Source of the DNA: Selaginella moellendorffii
Taxonomy: Eukaryota > Plantae > Lycopodiophyta
Direction of reading: 5' to 3'
Assembly: GCF_000143415.4 (NCBI RefSeq)
Contig: NW_003314268.1
Coordinates: 1,873,243-1,937,242 of the forward strand
DNA: 64,000 nucleotides
Position 1 is the first letter of the stretch; each line of letters begins with the position of its first letter. Below are positions 1 to 12,831 of the stretch, piece by piece. Under the pieces are notes generated by a model that was given only the letters and a program-made list of their open reading frames with translations, did no database searches and was not told the origin of the DNA. Position numbers and translations under genes: made by a program.

Positions 1-1340
1 AAGTTGGATATCTCTTGTGGAATATCTAACTAATCGAATACATCACCAATTTGCTTTAATACTCGATAGAGCCCAACATATTTTGGTAATAGCTTCTGAG
101 ACAAAGATCCTTGACATTCAAGTTTCAGAAAGATAGCCACACTTGATCTTTTATTTGATAGCATACATCCTAATAATGTTAATCCTTATCACGTTGATAC
201 TTATTTGGCGCTTTGCCCATCACCTCAGTAGCTCTAGACCAACCTTGGCGTAGCTGCTCCACATAAATCTCAACGGTCAGGACAAACACTTCGGACATTG
301 GTTTCGGTATAACAATCTGTTAAAGAACCCCACAAGCATTCCCTTGCTGCATCTCCTATGGAGAACAGCCAATAGTGCTATGAAATGTGTTATTTTAATA
401 GATTTCTACTATGTCTAAATGCTCAACCAAGTGGCATTGGTTTGCCACGACATAGTACTGCAGATAATCCTCAACTTTAGCATTCACACATTCAATCTGC
501 CCATTAGTTTGAGGATGATAAATTGTACTAAACTTCAACTTAGTACTAAATAACTAGAATAATATGCCCCAAAACTTCCCTATAAATCTTGAATCTCTAT
601 CCAAGATCATCTCTTCAAAAAGACCACAAACCTAGATTACTTCATGGAAAAAGAGCTTTACTGCTTGCTTTGCATTCACTATTTCCATAGTTGGATTGAA
701 GTGTGCTATCTTCGACAATCGATCAACAACCACCATCAAAGTATCATAACCCTTAGACTTTGGCAAGCAAGTGACAAAATCAAGTGTCACACTGTGAAAT
801 GGCCATGCCACTGCTGGAACACACTGCAACTTTCTAGTCTATTTCTCAGTTCTTTGCTTACATTGCTAACATATAGGGCAAGAATAGATATAATCTACTA
901 TAATACTTCCATACCAAACCAGAAAAATCCTTTTTACAATAAAGCAAGAGTCTTTCATTTACCACTAGGTCCCACTACTGAAACATCATGATGTTCTCGC
1001 AGAAATAACTGTTGCATATCCTTGGATGGAAGATACACTCTTTTTTGCTTATAAAAAATAAGCCCATCTCAAACTAAAAAGTGAAGTTTCACATTAGCAC
1101 GACTAGCAACTGTCACTTCTTTGTTATCAGAGTTCTACTTCACCAACTCCACATGGTGCAAGATTACCTTTGCCAACAAATCACTTCTATATAAAACCCA
1201 AATGTCCTCCAACCAATCTAAATTGATTGTTGATATTGCCCAGAACTGAGCTCAATGACTCAACACATCTAGAACAATATTGTCTTTACCAGGTTTATAG
1301 ATGATTTCAATATCAAATCTAGCGAACTTCTCTTGCCAAC
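1..1340 (-). mobile_element. Degenerate Ty3/gypsy pol remnant (RNase H end and integrase)
   Basis: ORF 632-829 reads WPFHSVTLDFVTCLPKSKGYDTLMVVVDRLSKIAHF (gypsy integrase core). Further integrase motifs (YHPQTNGQ-like) near 500 and a DIEIIYKPGKDN-like RNase H end near 1280-1320, with many stops. Boundaries approximate. Confidence 0.8.
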
Positions 1341-2518
1341 AATTCTTTCCTTACTGTTACAACGGCAGGAGGTTGGTATTGCTAAACCTTTTATTAGTCT
1401 CTGTCTAAGCTAATTAAAAAACTAGTCATCATATGTGCACTTAGACTGGAAGGGCACTAAAGAAGGAAATCCTAAATTGTTATTTAGTCAAACATACTTG
1501 ACACAGTGACGAGAAACTTATGTTGTTGGCTTGCACTTACTAGTGTTGGGAACCCCCGCAATATTGACCTTGGTCCCTTAATATTTGCTAGATGATAGCT
1601 AACTGTGTTTACCAAACACCCTCTTAATCATGCACCCTCTCATTCAATCCCAATTGCTATTTATGGAAAGTGTCTAAATTTGCTAAGCCCAAAGCGTGTG
1701 TTCCTCATAGAGGAGGGGGCTATGAGGGGTTCCAAATGTATAGTAGGGATAGTGGGTACGTCAAGCATAGCCGACTAATCTGACTAACCTGAGGCATAGT
1801 CTAGCTCTCACTTGCGTGCTTGTCCTTGTTCTGTGTCTGGCTTGAGTCTAAGCCCAAGTTGCATACCATGTTAGTTGGTGAAGTACCCATGTCCTTGCAT
1901 TAGGCCACTGGTATGCTGAAAAAGTGCCAAACTCCATTTGGCTCTGTTTTGTGTTTGGTCCTAGTATTGGGATATTAAATGCTTTAAGATTGTTCTAAAT
2001 TGCTTTGTGCTCCTATCCCTTCACTCCTTGGGCTGTATGTTTGAGTCATTTCGTGCTCCAATGCCTTTGCTCATTGGTTCTATGTTTAGGAGTTTGGCTT
2101 TGTTCTTTTGTTCTGTGGCCTAATGCCCTGAAACTTAGATTCCACACCATTGTCCTTTGGACATATGGCATGTAGTATGTGGCACATTGAGGGTTTAGGT
2201 TCCACTTTGTGGTTCTCTTATGGTAAATCACCATAGGATAAAGGGTAAAAACCACGTGTGATACATTTGGTATTAGAGAATACATTTCAATGAGTGCTAT
2301 CCAATAAGATTCAGCAACTAATCTCATTGCATATGTAGAGATAAAAATGATGATTTGAATAGGTACACATTTGGGTCCTAAGACTTTGCAATCGTTCCTG
2401 GGGTATAGATTTGGCTACCTTTCTATCCCATATTATGTGAGCTTGCTCTTGGGCTCATAAGATGGAATGAGATGTTCCGTTTGCACAAGTTTGTGCTTGG
2501 GCTTATAAGTGAGGCACA

Positions 2519-4132
2519 TGTGAGACACAAATCCCTAAGCCCCAAAGTAGAGCCAAAAGGGTGCCACGTGGTAGTAGTTGAAGCTAAAGCCAAACGAGCG
2601 TAAGACATTTGGACTAAAAGCTCTGACTTGAAAAGTCGAGAATGGGAGTGGAACTCCCAACGAAGTGCTTGAAGAACAAGCACGAACCGAGCAATAAGTG
2701 AGTCTCTAGAAAAGGGATACAAAAGGACCAACACATGACATGTGGAAGTGTCCGAGATGGAGTCTAAAATGGACTTGAGATGGAGTCTGAAATGGGGTTT
2801 GAGATGGACCCGAAATGGAGTCCGAGATGGACCTGAGATGGAGTCTAAGATGGACCCGAGATGGAGTTCGAGATGGAGTTCGAGATGAACCCAAGATGGA
2901 GTCTGAGATGGACCCGAGATGGAGTCCGAAATGGAGTCTGAGATGGACCTGAAATGGAGTCCAAGATGGACTTGAGATGGAGTCTAAGATGGACCCGAAA
3001 TGGAGTCCAAGATGGAAACGAGACCGAGACTGAGACCGAGACCGAGTCCGAGTCTGAGGCCGAGACTGAGACCAAGTTCGAGTCCGAGTCCAAGTTCGAG
3101 TCCAAATACTAATAAAGGCTGTTAGGTGAAAGCCCAAAGCGATCGTCCCCCGGGGGGGGGAGGGGGCTGTGGGGGCCTCCAAAAGTATAGTAGGGAGAGT
3201 GTGGGGGTTGGAACCTCGTGGAGCTAGTTTGGCCAAGAAAGGCTAGTTTGGCCTAGGAAGGCCATACCCAATTGTTGGGTGATGGGATGACCACTGGGAA
3301 GTCCAAGGCTAGAGTGAATACGGGCTAACAAGCGGGATAGCTTGGTGAACTGTTCAAGAGCCGACTCTAGTTCCCCTGGGAGATCGAATGGTCGATGCTC
3401 CCAATCCAAGTGTGGGTGGCACTACTTACTTGGATACCTAGCATGGCTCAACAGAACCTCGCTCTAAGCCCATGGCTAGAGCACCCAAAGGCAGAAGGCA
3501 GGGAGAGTACCCACGAGACTCCTGTAGAGCCACGGTGTTCCAAATTGTTGTCCCAAAGTCCCAAACTATGGAAAGGAAGAAAAACAATCCTCTGATGTAA
3601 TAACCAAGGATACGGTCATGTAGTGAGGAAGTCCCAGAGGACCGTGGGACTTAGTGGTTGGGCCTGAGGGCCTTGATCCAATGGCAGTGTTGGTGAACAC
3701 GGCCATGGAAAGAAAGTTACTTAGTGGGGACTGGAAAAACGATATTGAGGAAGGCTATCCCCCATGTCTGTAGGCATCCTAAGGATGCTAAGGAGCAGAT
3801 CTGGGATGATCACTCATGGATGGATGGCCCAGTCTTTGAGATACAGGATTGTGATGCAAATGGTGTTAGACCACCGGTATGACCAAGGTGAAGGGGCATA
3901 GCTTTAGTGTAACAGGTTGATATCTCAGTGGTACCTTGGGGTGTCGATCATGGGATTGGACACATGGAGCACTTGGACCAAGTGCAAAGGTTAAGTGGCA
4001 TAGATGCTATTCTCAGGGATAGCAAGCCCCAAATCTGGAATAAGACTTATGGAAGTTGTGAGTGAGACTCCTCCAAGTTTTCGGAGGTGTAGTTAAGTGA
4101 CTAAAGTAGAATGGAAAATTTAGTCTCTTACA
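2519..4132. mobile_element. Solo LTR, family A (1614 bp), TG...CA with 5-bp target site duplication GCACA
   Basis: Starts TGTGAGACAC at 2519 and ends CTTACA at 4132. GCACA lies at 2514-2518 and 4133-4137. Homologous copies start at 5015, 19914 and 34343, and another ends at 34196/34262. Confidence 0.88.
2750..3105. repeat. Tandem GAGATGGAGTCC/GAGATGGACCC (11-12 bp) and CCGAGA/CCGAGT hexamer arrays inside LTR family A
   Basis: Directly visible. The same arrays recur at ~5248-5720, 20118-20500, 32975-33205 and 34577-34760. Confidence 0.9.
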
Positions 4133-4449
4133 GCACATTAGCAACTCAAGGTTACACTTTGAGTTGGCAGGATTAATATTAACCTATCGGTGGTTCCATG
4201 AGTTGTTCCATGTACTATTGGTAAAAGTAAACCTCCCCTAGATTTGCTATGAGTGGCAAATGAGCCCAGGTAGGTTTTGAGCTCATGAGCTCACAAATTG
4301 AGCTCATGACTTCTCAAACACAAGGAAAACATTGGTTCGTCCTGAACTAACATCTTTTCATTTTTCAAATTTTGATTTAATCTATATTTCTAAGTAAATT
4401 CGACCAATAATATACAAATATAAATATAGATTTGAACACTAAAAGCAAT

Positions 4450-4728
4450 CTAGAAACACTTCTCAAGCTCTATAATTGTAAGGCTTGCCTTATGGATATG
4501 GTGGTCGACCTTAAAATTTTGGTTTAGTTCCTGCATAAAAATGTAGATGTGCTTGTAAGCTAAATATACCTTTCCCCTGTACTCCCTCTGTGTAAAATTT
4601 AGACAGGTACAGGATGGACTTTCGCAAATTCTGATAATGTAGCTCATACCCTTTGACAACTTTGTCGCAACAACAAAATCCTTACCCACGACACTGATGT
4701 AATTTATCCTTGTGATTGTGCACTTCAA
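4450..4728 (-). pseudogene. SWIM zinc-finger-like coding remnant (probably TE-derived)
   Basis: YIIRICESPSCTCLNF...VYLAYKHIY resembles SWIM (CxC...CxH) with the third Cys lost. Truncated upstream by the LTR at 5015. Confidence 0.5.
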
Positions 4729-5014
4729 TGCCTTTGCTAGCTTGATCTTCTTTTGTGCACCTTTTGAAATGGAAGACCTATATTGTATAGCCTTCCCATT
4801 TCTAGCTGGTCATGTATGTCGGTTTATTGTTGACATTGGTGGCATAGCAGTATCAATAGCAATATTTGAGGAAGTCTTCAACTTGAAACCAACTCTCTCC
4901 AGACTTTCAATCTCTTCTTTCAAAAGATTGCAGCTTCACTCAACTAGCCACTCCTTTAGCACAAAATTTGGCTTTGAAATAATTGAGCTGTGGATCCTAT
5001 TTGTATGAGTAATA

Positions 5015-6184
5015 TGTGAGACACAAAATTCCTAGGCTCCAAAGTGGAGCCGAAAGGGTGCCACGTGGTAGTGGCCGAAGCGAAGGCCAAACAAACGTAC
5101 ACGTTTGGACTGAAAACTCTGACTTGAAAGGTCAAGAGCGGGAGTGGAACTCCCAACAAAATGCTTGAGGAACAAGCACGAAACGAGCAATAAGTGAGGC
5201 TCCAAAAAGGAACCCAAAAAGGACCAACACATGACACGTGGAAGTGTCCGAGATGGAGTCCGAGATGGACCCGAGTTGAAGTCTGAGATGGAGTCCGAGA
5301 TGGGCCGAGATGGAGCCCGAGATGAAGTCCGAGATGGACCGAGACGGAGTCCGAGATGGAGTCCGAGATGAAGTCCGAGATGGACCGAGACGGAGTCCGA
5401 GATGGAGTCCGAGATGGAGTCCAAGATGGAGTCCGAGATGGAGTCTGAGATGGAGTTTGAGATGGACCAAGACGGAGTCCGAGATGGAGTCCAAGAGGGA
5501 TCCGAGATGGAGTCCGAGATGGACCCAAGATGGAGTCCGAGATGGAGTCCAAGATGGACCGAGACGGAGTCTAAGATGGAGTTTGAGATGTACTTGAGAT
5601 GGAATCCAAGATGGAGTTCGAGAGGGACCCAAGATGGAGTCCAAGGTCAAGACCGAGACCAGGACCAAGACCGAGCCCGAGCCTGAGTTCGAGTCCGAGT
5701 CCGAGTCCGAGTTCGAGTCTTAGAGGGTGAAAGCCCAAAATGTTCGTCTCCCAGACCCTGGGGGGTTTGGTGAGCTCCAAAAGTATAGTAAGGGGGAGGA
5801 CTGCAGTGGAGCCAGTTTGGCTAGGAAAGGCTAGTTTGGCCCAGGAAGGCTGTACTCAGTGTTGGGTGATGAGCTGCCCACTGGGAAGTCCAAGACTAGA
5901 GTGAATACGGACCGACAAGCGGGGTAGCTTGGTGAAGTGTTCAAGAGCCGGCTCTAGTTCCCCCGGGAGATCGAATGGCCGATGCTCCCAATCCAAGTGT
6001 GGGTGGCACTACCTACTTGGATACCAAACGTGGCTCAACGGAACCTCGCTCTAAGCCCATGGCTAGAGCACCTAAAGGTGGAAAGCGGGAAGAGTACCCA
6101 TGAGGCTCGCGTAAGGCCACGGTGTTCCGAAATGTTGTCTCAAAGGTCCAGACTGTGGAAAGGAAGAGGAGTAGTCCTCTGGTA
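5015..6184. mobile_element. LTR family A, truncated by insertion of the large DNA transposon (copy 1)
   Basis: Begins TGTGAGACAC at 5015 and is colinear with the 2519 copy until it switches abruptly to AGCTCTATTTCG at 6185. Confidence 0.85.
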
Positions 6185-6750
6185 AGCTCTATTTCGTTAA
6201 AGTGGGATTTATTCAGTAAAATGGGACTAGGTACAAATTTTCAAGTATTTGAAAATGACATGAAATTATATGTTTTTTGTCCAAGGGCTAGACATATCTG
6301 GGGCATGGTGACTAGCGCAGTGACTTTGTGTCCAGACTGAGTCCATCTGGTTGTATAATAAATCTCATTGTCAAGGTGAACAAGCCGAATCTGACAGACA
6401 TATAACTTAATGGTGAGAACATTTAGATATTATTCAATGTTATCTTTTTCTAACGAATCTAATTGTGAAGGTGTAGCAAGAGGCATTGCTAGTCTGGAGA
6501 AGTCATTTAACTCATTTGACCCTTAGTGTATTTTCATGAAACTAAATAACATTCATATTATTAAGGAATTTCTCTAGTACCTTTTTTTTTACGACATAGA
6601 GGCTTGCATTTCTTTCAAAGGTGATTTAGTAAAAGGCCTGAGGGCACATGCCATTCTATTTCTCAGACCGGTATTAAGATATACTAATGCAAAGGGAAAA
6701 AGGTATTTGGTGATCAAGTAAATGGCATGAGGGCACACGCCATTATAAGC

Positions 6751-7023
6751 CTAAGCGCTAGTGGACACCTCCTTTTTGGTACTCTCAGCGGTACTATCAT
6801 CCTTCTCCAGGTCAATTGTTTTGCTTTGGATTGTTGTCTCTGACGTTACTGGGGCGTTTTCGATAGTTGTTAATGTTGCCGTTTGTTCAGAAAAATGATC
6901 ACCTGGAGTATAGTACGGGGAGTTTGGAAGACTTATATATTCTACATCTTCACCTATCTCCTTCTCCGTCTCCTTTTCTGCCTCACTTACAGATTTTGTG
7001 CTTGCCATGAGAACGCTCTTCAC
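6751..7023 (-). CDS. Acidic/Thr-rich ORF or terminal exon near the transposon end, present in all three copies
   Basis: Same open 90-aa frame at 6751-7023, 21177-21449 and ~31911-32183, preceded by a TTTTAG acceptor-like site. No recognisable domain. Confidence 0.35.
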   Translation of the reverse strand: MKSVLMASTKSVSEAEKETEKEIGEDVEYISLPNSPYYTPGDHFSEQTATLTTIENAPVTSETTIQSKTIDLEKDDSTAESTKKEVSTSA

Positions 7024-7721
7024 CCTAAAATATGGAGTTCATTGTGTTATTAAAGGAAACCAACACACACGCTGCAAGGGAATGATGGTACATAAAGCAC
7101 GTAAGCCCACAATATGGGTTTATGTGCCATTAATATGGGCCACACGCCATATTATTAGATTTATGCACGTGAGATTGGTAAATGCATATGTCACATCATC
7201 TTTGTTTTACCTCACACACTATATCAGGCCTAATGAACCATATCACATGTGCGCACATGCTATATATATGGAGAAGTATTATGCAAGGATAGAAAAATTC
7301 AATGCATGATTGTGGAGAGCAATGGCATGAAGCCACATGCTAAATAACATTTTAGAGAAAGAATTAAAATAGAAACATGCAAACAGTACTGAGTGGACCA
7401 AGACTTAGAAGTGCACAATTGAATGAGGTATTTCTAATAAATATTTCACTCACCTCATATAGGAATGGCTACCACTCTCAAATGGCGTATCGCCTCATGC
7501 CATCACCTTGCAATTTGTTATAACAATCCGATGAATTCATATTCGGCTTGTTCACCTTGAACTTTAAGTAAGATTTGCTAGAACAACTAAGAATTTATAC
7601 TTGTTATTTGTATCATCTCACCTAGGAATGGCATAAGGCCACATGCCATCACGCCTCCTCTGATTCAGATTCGGATTGTTCACCTTGAAATAAAATACAT
7701 TAGAAACTTAGTAAAGGAATA

Positions 7722-10547
7722 TTAATGAATCTCACCTTGAACCCGGGTTATGAATGCTCTTGCTGCATCTCTTGCATGGTCTGGCAAGGTGATGGTGGCA
7801 CTCTGCTTCCGCATCCAACCATGCACAACATTATCCACCGATATGCTCACGCTGGGATCCCTTGGATTCAGCACCCATCTCTTTTCTAGGCAATCCTTCG
7901 TATATTCGGAACTTGGCTTGAACCACTCCACAGTTACATTGAAGGAGTTAGTTTCCGCGTCCTCCTCTACATCAGTGATGCAGCGCCCCACCCATATCAT
8001 TTGTTTTTTATTACTGGGTCTGACAAGCACGACCATTCCTTTGCAGACCTGTACTAGATTGAATGCTGAATCTGGCTTCTTGTTCCTCGGCCCACAATAG
8101 TGATCCTCAACATCGTTATCTGTCACTGCATTTCCAGAGGACATTGTTCTGCTACTATCTGGTGCTCTGGGTTCTGGCCAAAAGGACTCTTCCAATTCTT
8201 CATATACAACCGGCCCATTTTGGATAGCAGATATAATCTTCTCCCAGTATTCGAGCAAAGGCTTGCACCTCTTAAAATAGGATTCTCCACCAAACACCAA
8301 CCCCCTCTTCCAGAAGGCAATATGCTGTCTAATCCCGGCCACTATACTTTCCTGGTCTTTGAGTCCATCCGGGTGCATCGGCCGTGGGGAACCCTGAGGA
8401 ATCATAGGTTCCCCAGTTATGGGATCTCTCTTGAAGAGTTCAATGCCGTCCACTGGCAGCCACACTATGTCCCATTCTCTCATCTTGTACCCCATCACTG
8501 GAGCACCGTCACGCATGCTGAAATGAAACTGAAGAGGCTTGGAGTGGCCAATCAGCGTTTCAGATCCGTCCCTAATGTAGCCTCTTACAAACCCCTTAAA
8601 GTCTGGAACCTCTGTCACAAGTGCAGCTTCAACAGTGCCTTTGATGCAATTTTGGAATTCATCGTAGAGTTGTGGGAGGGTGAGGACATTGGATCGCCGG
8701 AGGGACTCTGCTAGGTGACTGAACATGGCATTGACGTCTTCATGAGTGTGCCCAACCATGAGAAAGCCAAGTGTAACCGTTTCAAATATGCCTTTGGCAA
8801 CAAGCATCGCCAAGTACGCGAAGACGTACATGTTTTTGTTCTCACTGCCAGCATTGTCTGTTTGGAGCAGAAGATGGGGTGGAAGGCCACATCAGCCGCA
8901 AGAACTTCCTTGAGATTCTGCTTCGTTTGGATGAGGCTGTGCATTCACCGGGCGACCAGCCTCGTCGAAATGGCATGAGGCCTCACGTGATAACCCTACA
9001 ATTTGACGGCCAACATATTCACTGGGATGGCATTGGGCCCCACGCGATACTGCAAGCCTTTGCTCCTCCTCCAGCTGAACCCTGTATGGGGTTCGATCGA
9101 CAAGGGCCTTATGCAAGGGTTGGCCGTTCAGCTTAGTCTGCGCACTTTGCAGAGACCTTAAGTGTTTTGCTAGGGACGCAATCATCATGTTTGCACCCCC
9201 GCCACCCCATAGAGGTACAAAGAAGTTCCCATAGTTCTGGGCACTATGCCCATGAGCAATTATGCCAAACAGAGACACAGGCAGCTGCATGGATGAAGAG
9301 ATTGCCTTGGGGGCAGGATTGAGTCAAGGTAAGCACGTCTTTTTCTGGTCCATTTTGTCGTGGATGATGCAGAGGTAAGAGTTAGGTCTCTCCATGGAGA
9401 GAATCCTGTTATGATAATATGCAGTTCTACAGCTTCTCTGCTCGATGTTGTGGTCGAGCCGCCTTCTAACCAACATTTCTCGCTCTTGAGCGCTGCAAGA
9501 ATTCTTCGACAAAGCCATTTTGATAGCAGTGCACTCGTCACACTTTGAAAAGCTGGAGTACTTTCCTATACTCACATCCCTGAACCTGTTGCTCCACAAT
9601 CTACTAAATCTAGATTGGCTCAGCTTCCTGTAGCCATTACTCTGGAGTTCCCGATTCACATCTTCCAATATAGCCCCCTTGGTATACATGGAAGGGAGAA
9701 CTCGTTGGGTGTCTCGTGTTCCATCTTCCAAGAGGCGGGTTTTATGTGGTTGCTGCTCGCTACATGTCTCGACAAACCTCTTGAAGATTGCCTCTCGATA
9801 TACAACATGACCCCTGGTTTTGTGCGTACCGTCATTCCCATGGACTGCCTGTTGAACCCTTTGTTCCTCGAACTCAGTTTTGATTCTGTAGAATGTGGTT
9901 CGAGGGACTCCATAAATGATTCTCCATGCCTTCATGCAGACCAAACCCCTCTGGAAGACCATGCCCCCCACCTGATGTTCTGAAGCATCAACAGATGACC
10001 GTAATGCCTCATACACAAAATTGCGAGCTGCCTTCCAGGACAATGTCTTGTATCTTGCTCTCTCCTCTTCAATAGCATCCCAATCAGCATGTTGATAGCA
10101 CCTCCTCTTGCAACAAGCAACTGTCGAGACCATTCGAACCTCCATCGCCATTTTCTACCTTTTCGGTTCGTTGCTCAGATCCCTTTAGCTGCACTTTAGG
10201 AAGGTGTACTTTCTTTTCCCATGAAGAGATGTTCTGTCATTAGTTGTAGTGGTGTTTGATTGTGAATCCTTCACATTCTCAAACACTAAGTGCCTCAATT
10301 TCCACCGCACAATGCTTCCAATAGTCAGACTGTTTTCTTCTGTGTCAACAACCTCTAAAATCGCAACTCCAATATCATCCCAGCCCAATTCTTGATTAGC
10401 AACCGCATCTCTTGGATCGACAACTGTGGCTAAGCCCTCAACTACCACCTCCCCCTCGGGGTTGTTTAGAAACACCTTTGCCTGAATCCATGTAGTATGG
10501 TTCTTAAGATCCATGGAGGGAACATGCGTCGCACTTGCGGAGGCCAT
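7722..10547 (-). pseudogene. Sola1-like / DUF7869-type DDD transposase, copy 1 (disrupted)
   Basis: Motifs CCKRRC, VCMKAWRIIYGV, FSKCDEC, IIHDKMDQ, LQTDNAGSENKN, FLMVGHTHEDVNAMFS. In-frame stops at ~10185, ~10155, 9324 and 8892. Has a ~245-bp N-terminal deletion relative to copy 2 and a D->N change in HEDVD. Confidence 0.75.
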
Positions 10548-12831
10548 TCTGAAAGTGTAGAAAAGAAGTTAAGACCATATAAAAAATGATTGGAGAATGG
10601 CCTAAATCATAACATACCAAACAACCTCAATAGCATGAGGCCACATGCCATTATTCAAACATGCTATTGACACCCACGTGAAATTTCACATTCACAAAAT
10701 TGGCATGAGCCCTCATGCCATCTTGATAAACACACAGCTACAGGCAAGTAAAGAAACTATTGGCAATATGCTAGTGATGAACTTGCAAGGCCCAAGATGG
10801 CATGAGCCCTCATACCATTAGTGGTATCGTAGCGCCGCTCGCACCACCGCAACTGCTCGTAGCGCCGCTTGCACAAACTGCCACTCGCATAAACTGCCGC
10901 TCGCAATGGCGCTCGCAATGCCGCAACCGCTCGTAGACACATAAACCACAGCTCACAATGCCGCTTACACAAGCAGCGCTCACTATGCTCAGCGGAACCA
11001 GCGGAACCATCGATCCAGCTGTGCCATGTTAGTGATTCGAACTTTGCCATGCCGTGTCAGCGATCTGCGCCAAGATTATTCGCCGTGTAAAGGAATAATT
11101 ATGCTGTGTGTGTACATCCATTTATGGCAATATAAGGCCACACGCCATTCAAAGAATAATGCTAGTCAAGCATTTTTTGGTGCATTTTTTGGTTCAAAAT
11201 TGCATGAGCCCACACGCTATAAGTTTACCTGTACCAAAAATAGAAACAGCTTTATTTACTTGGGAATTTAAGTGGTTGAGGCATTTTTAAACTTACAAAC
11301 ACATGCCCTACTTACATTCCTTTGGTTGCTTAAAATTCAAAACTATTATAAACCTTTCTTTTTGCATTTTCAATGTTTTCAATTATGGTTTTTGATTTTT
11401 ACAAGACCAGCCTAGTAATCTATTTGCATCCCATCATGTTTATAGCTAGCTTTCGTTTGTCCCCTTCGCTAGCCTGAGATACATCTACTCGACATCTGCC
11501 TCTTACAGCATTTGCCCAGAAAGGGCATCTTTCTTCACGCAGCATTTGCCACATATTTAAGGAGGGTTTAGGGTTTAGCAATTCAGTAGCTTGATAAACA
11601 TGCAAATACAGAACTTGATGCAAAATCCTTTGATATGTCACAATGCCCCTAGGACCATAAACACATTTCAATAGAGAGGGTCCTTTCATTTCATAACTCC
11701 TTACGTAGATCTTGGTGAAACCAGAGTTAGTGAAGTTGGTTTTTTGTGATCCTGCATCTAATTGTGATGTCCCTTTGCAGTGTCGATGGAAAGGTCAATG
11801 TACAACAAACTGTAGAATCTTGGAGCAAAATAACGGTCGGATCTATGGCAAATGCCCCTGAAACATTGTAAGGCTCGTGTGGTCTCATGTGGTGTCCGAT
11901 CGAGATGCTTCTTTGCAGGGTCATCAAGAAGGACATTGTATACCATTCTTTATTTAGCTGAACATCTTGCATTTTTGGAAATACAAGATGCTTTGGAATA
12001 TCCAATCATGCATGGTATAAATATAGCGAGGGTATTAAATGATATCCCAATCATGATCTTTCTTTTGGATTTCGCGTGCATGCAGTCCGAGGAATGATGA
12101 CGTTGCGGATTTCTTTTGGATTTCACGTGCATGCATGCGCGCGGCGATCCAGAAATTAATGGTGGCGCCCAAGTCCAAGGAATAATGACGTGGTGGGATT
12201 ACCAACCGTCGTGACATTTCGCGCGTATGAGGTTAGGTTTTGCATTTTGCTTCGTACTCACGCTCGCATCGCGCTCCCACTCGCGATCACGCTCACATTC
12301 GCGCTCATCTACCTTCTCTACAGGTTTCTCGTGTGCATCGGCGTCCACTCGCGCTTGCATCACACTCGCGCTCGCATCGCGCTCGTGTGCATCGGCATCC
12401 ACTTCAAGACACACCCAGTTTGTAACTTCGCCGCCAACTCCGCCGCCCACTCCGCCACCCACATGCAGCCCACTTGGCGTCCCGGGAGATTTCAGTGCCA
12501 CTCTCCAACTGTAAGTGGCAGAGTAGCCTTGCTGCTACGATCCGCTGCACACATAGTGCACATTTGCCAGCGAGTCCGGCCTCGATTGTTACGCCTCCAT
12601 TTGGCTTCAAATGGTAAGTCTTTTAGGCCAAGTAGAAAATGGCATGAGGCCACATGCCATTCAGTAGCAACATTGGCATGCACCGATTGGGCTCTCGAGT
12701 GCAGTCCGGTTACAGATGGCGTGTAGCCTCACGCCATCTTAGGATGCAGCCTCAAGACATCTGATGCAGTGGTGAATGGCGTGTGGCCTCACGTTATTTC
12801 CAGCTGCTAGCTTTTCATCTGTCAGCTCTAA

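Noticed and set aside
3277-3305. 5S box C-like GGATGACCACTGGGAAGTCC in LTR family A
   Set aside because: The match is short, has no convincing box A upstream and varies between copies.
2706-5780. Many overlapping ORFs rich in SRTP/HLGL/DSIS/MESE (also at ~19.9-20.5, 32.9-33.4 and 34.3-34.9 kb)
   Set aside because: They are translations of the 11-12-bp LTR minisatellite in all frames, not genes.
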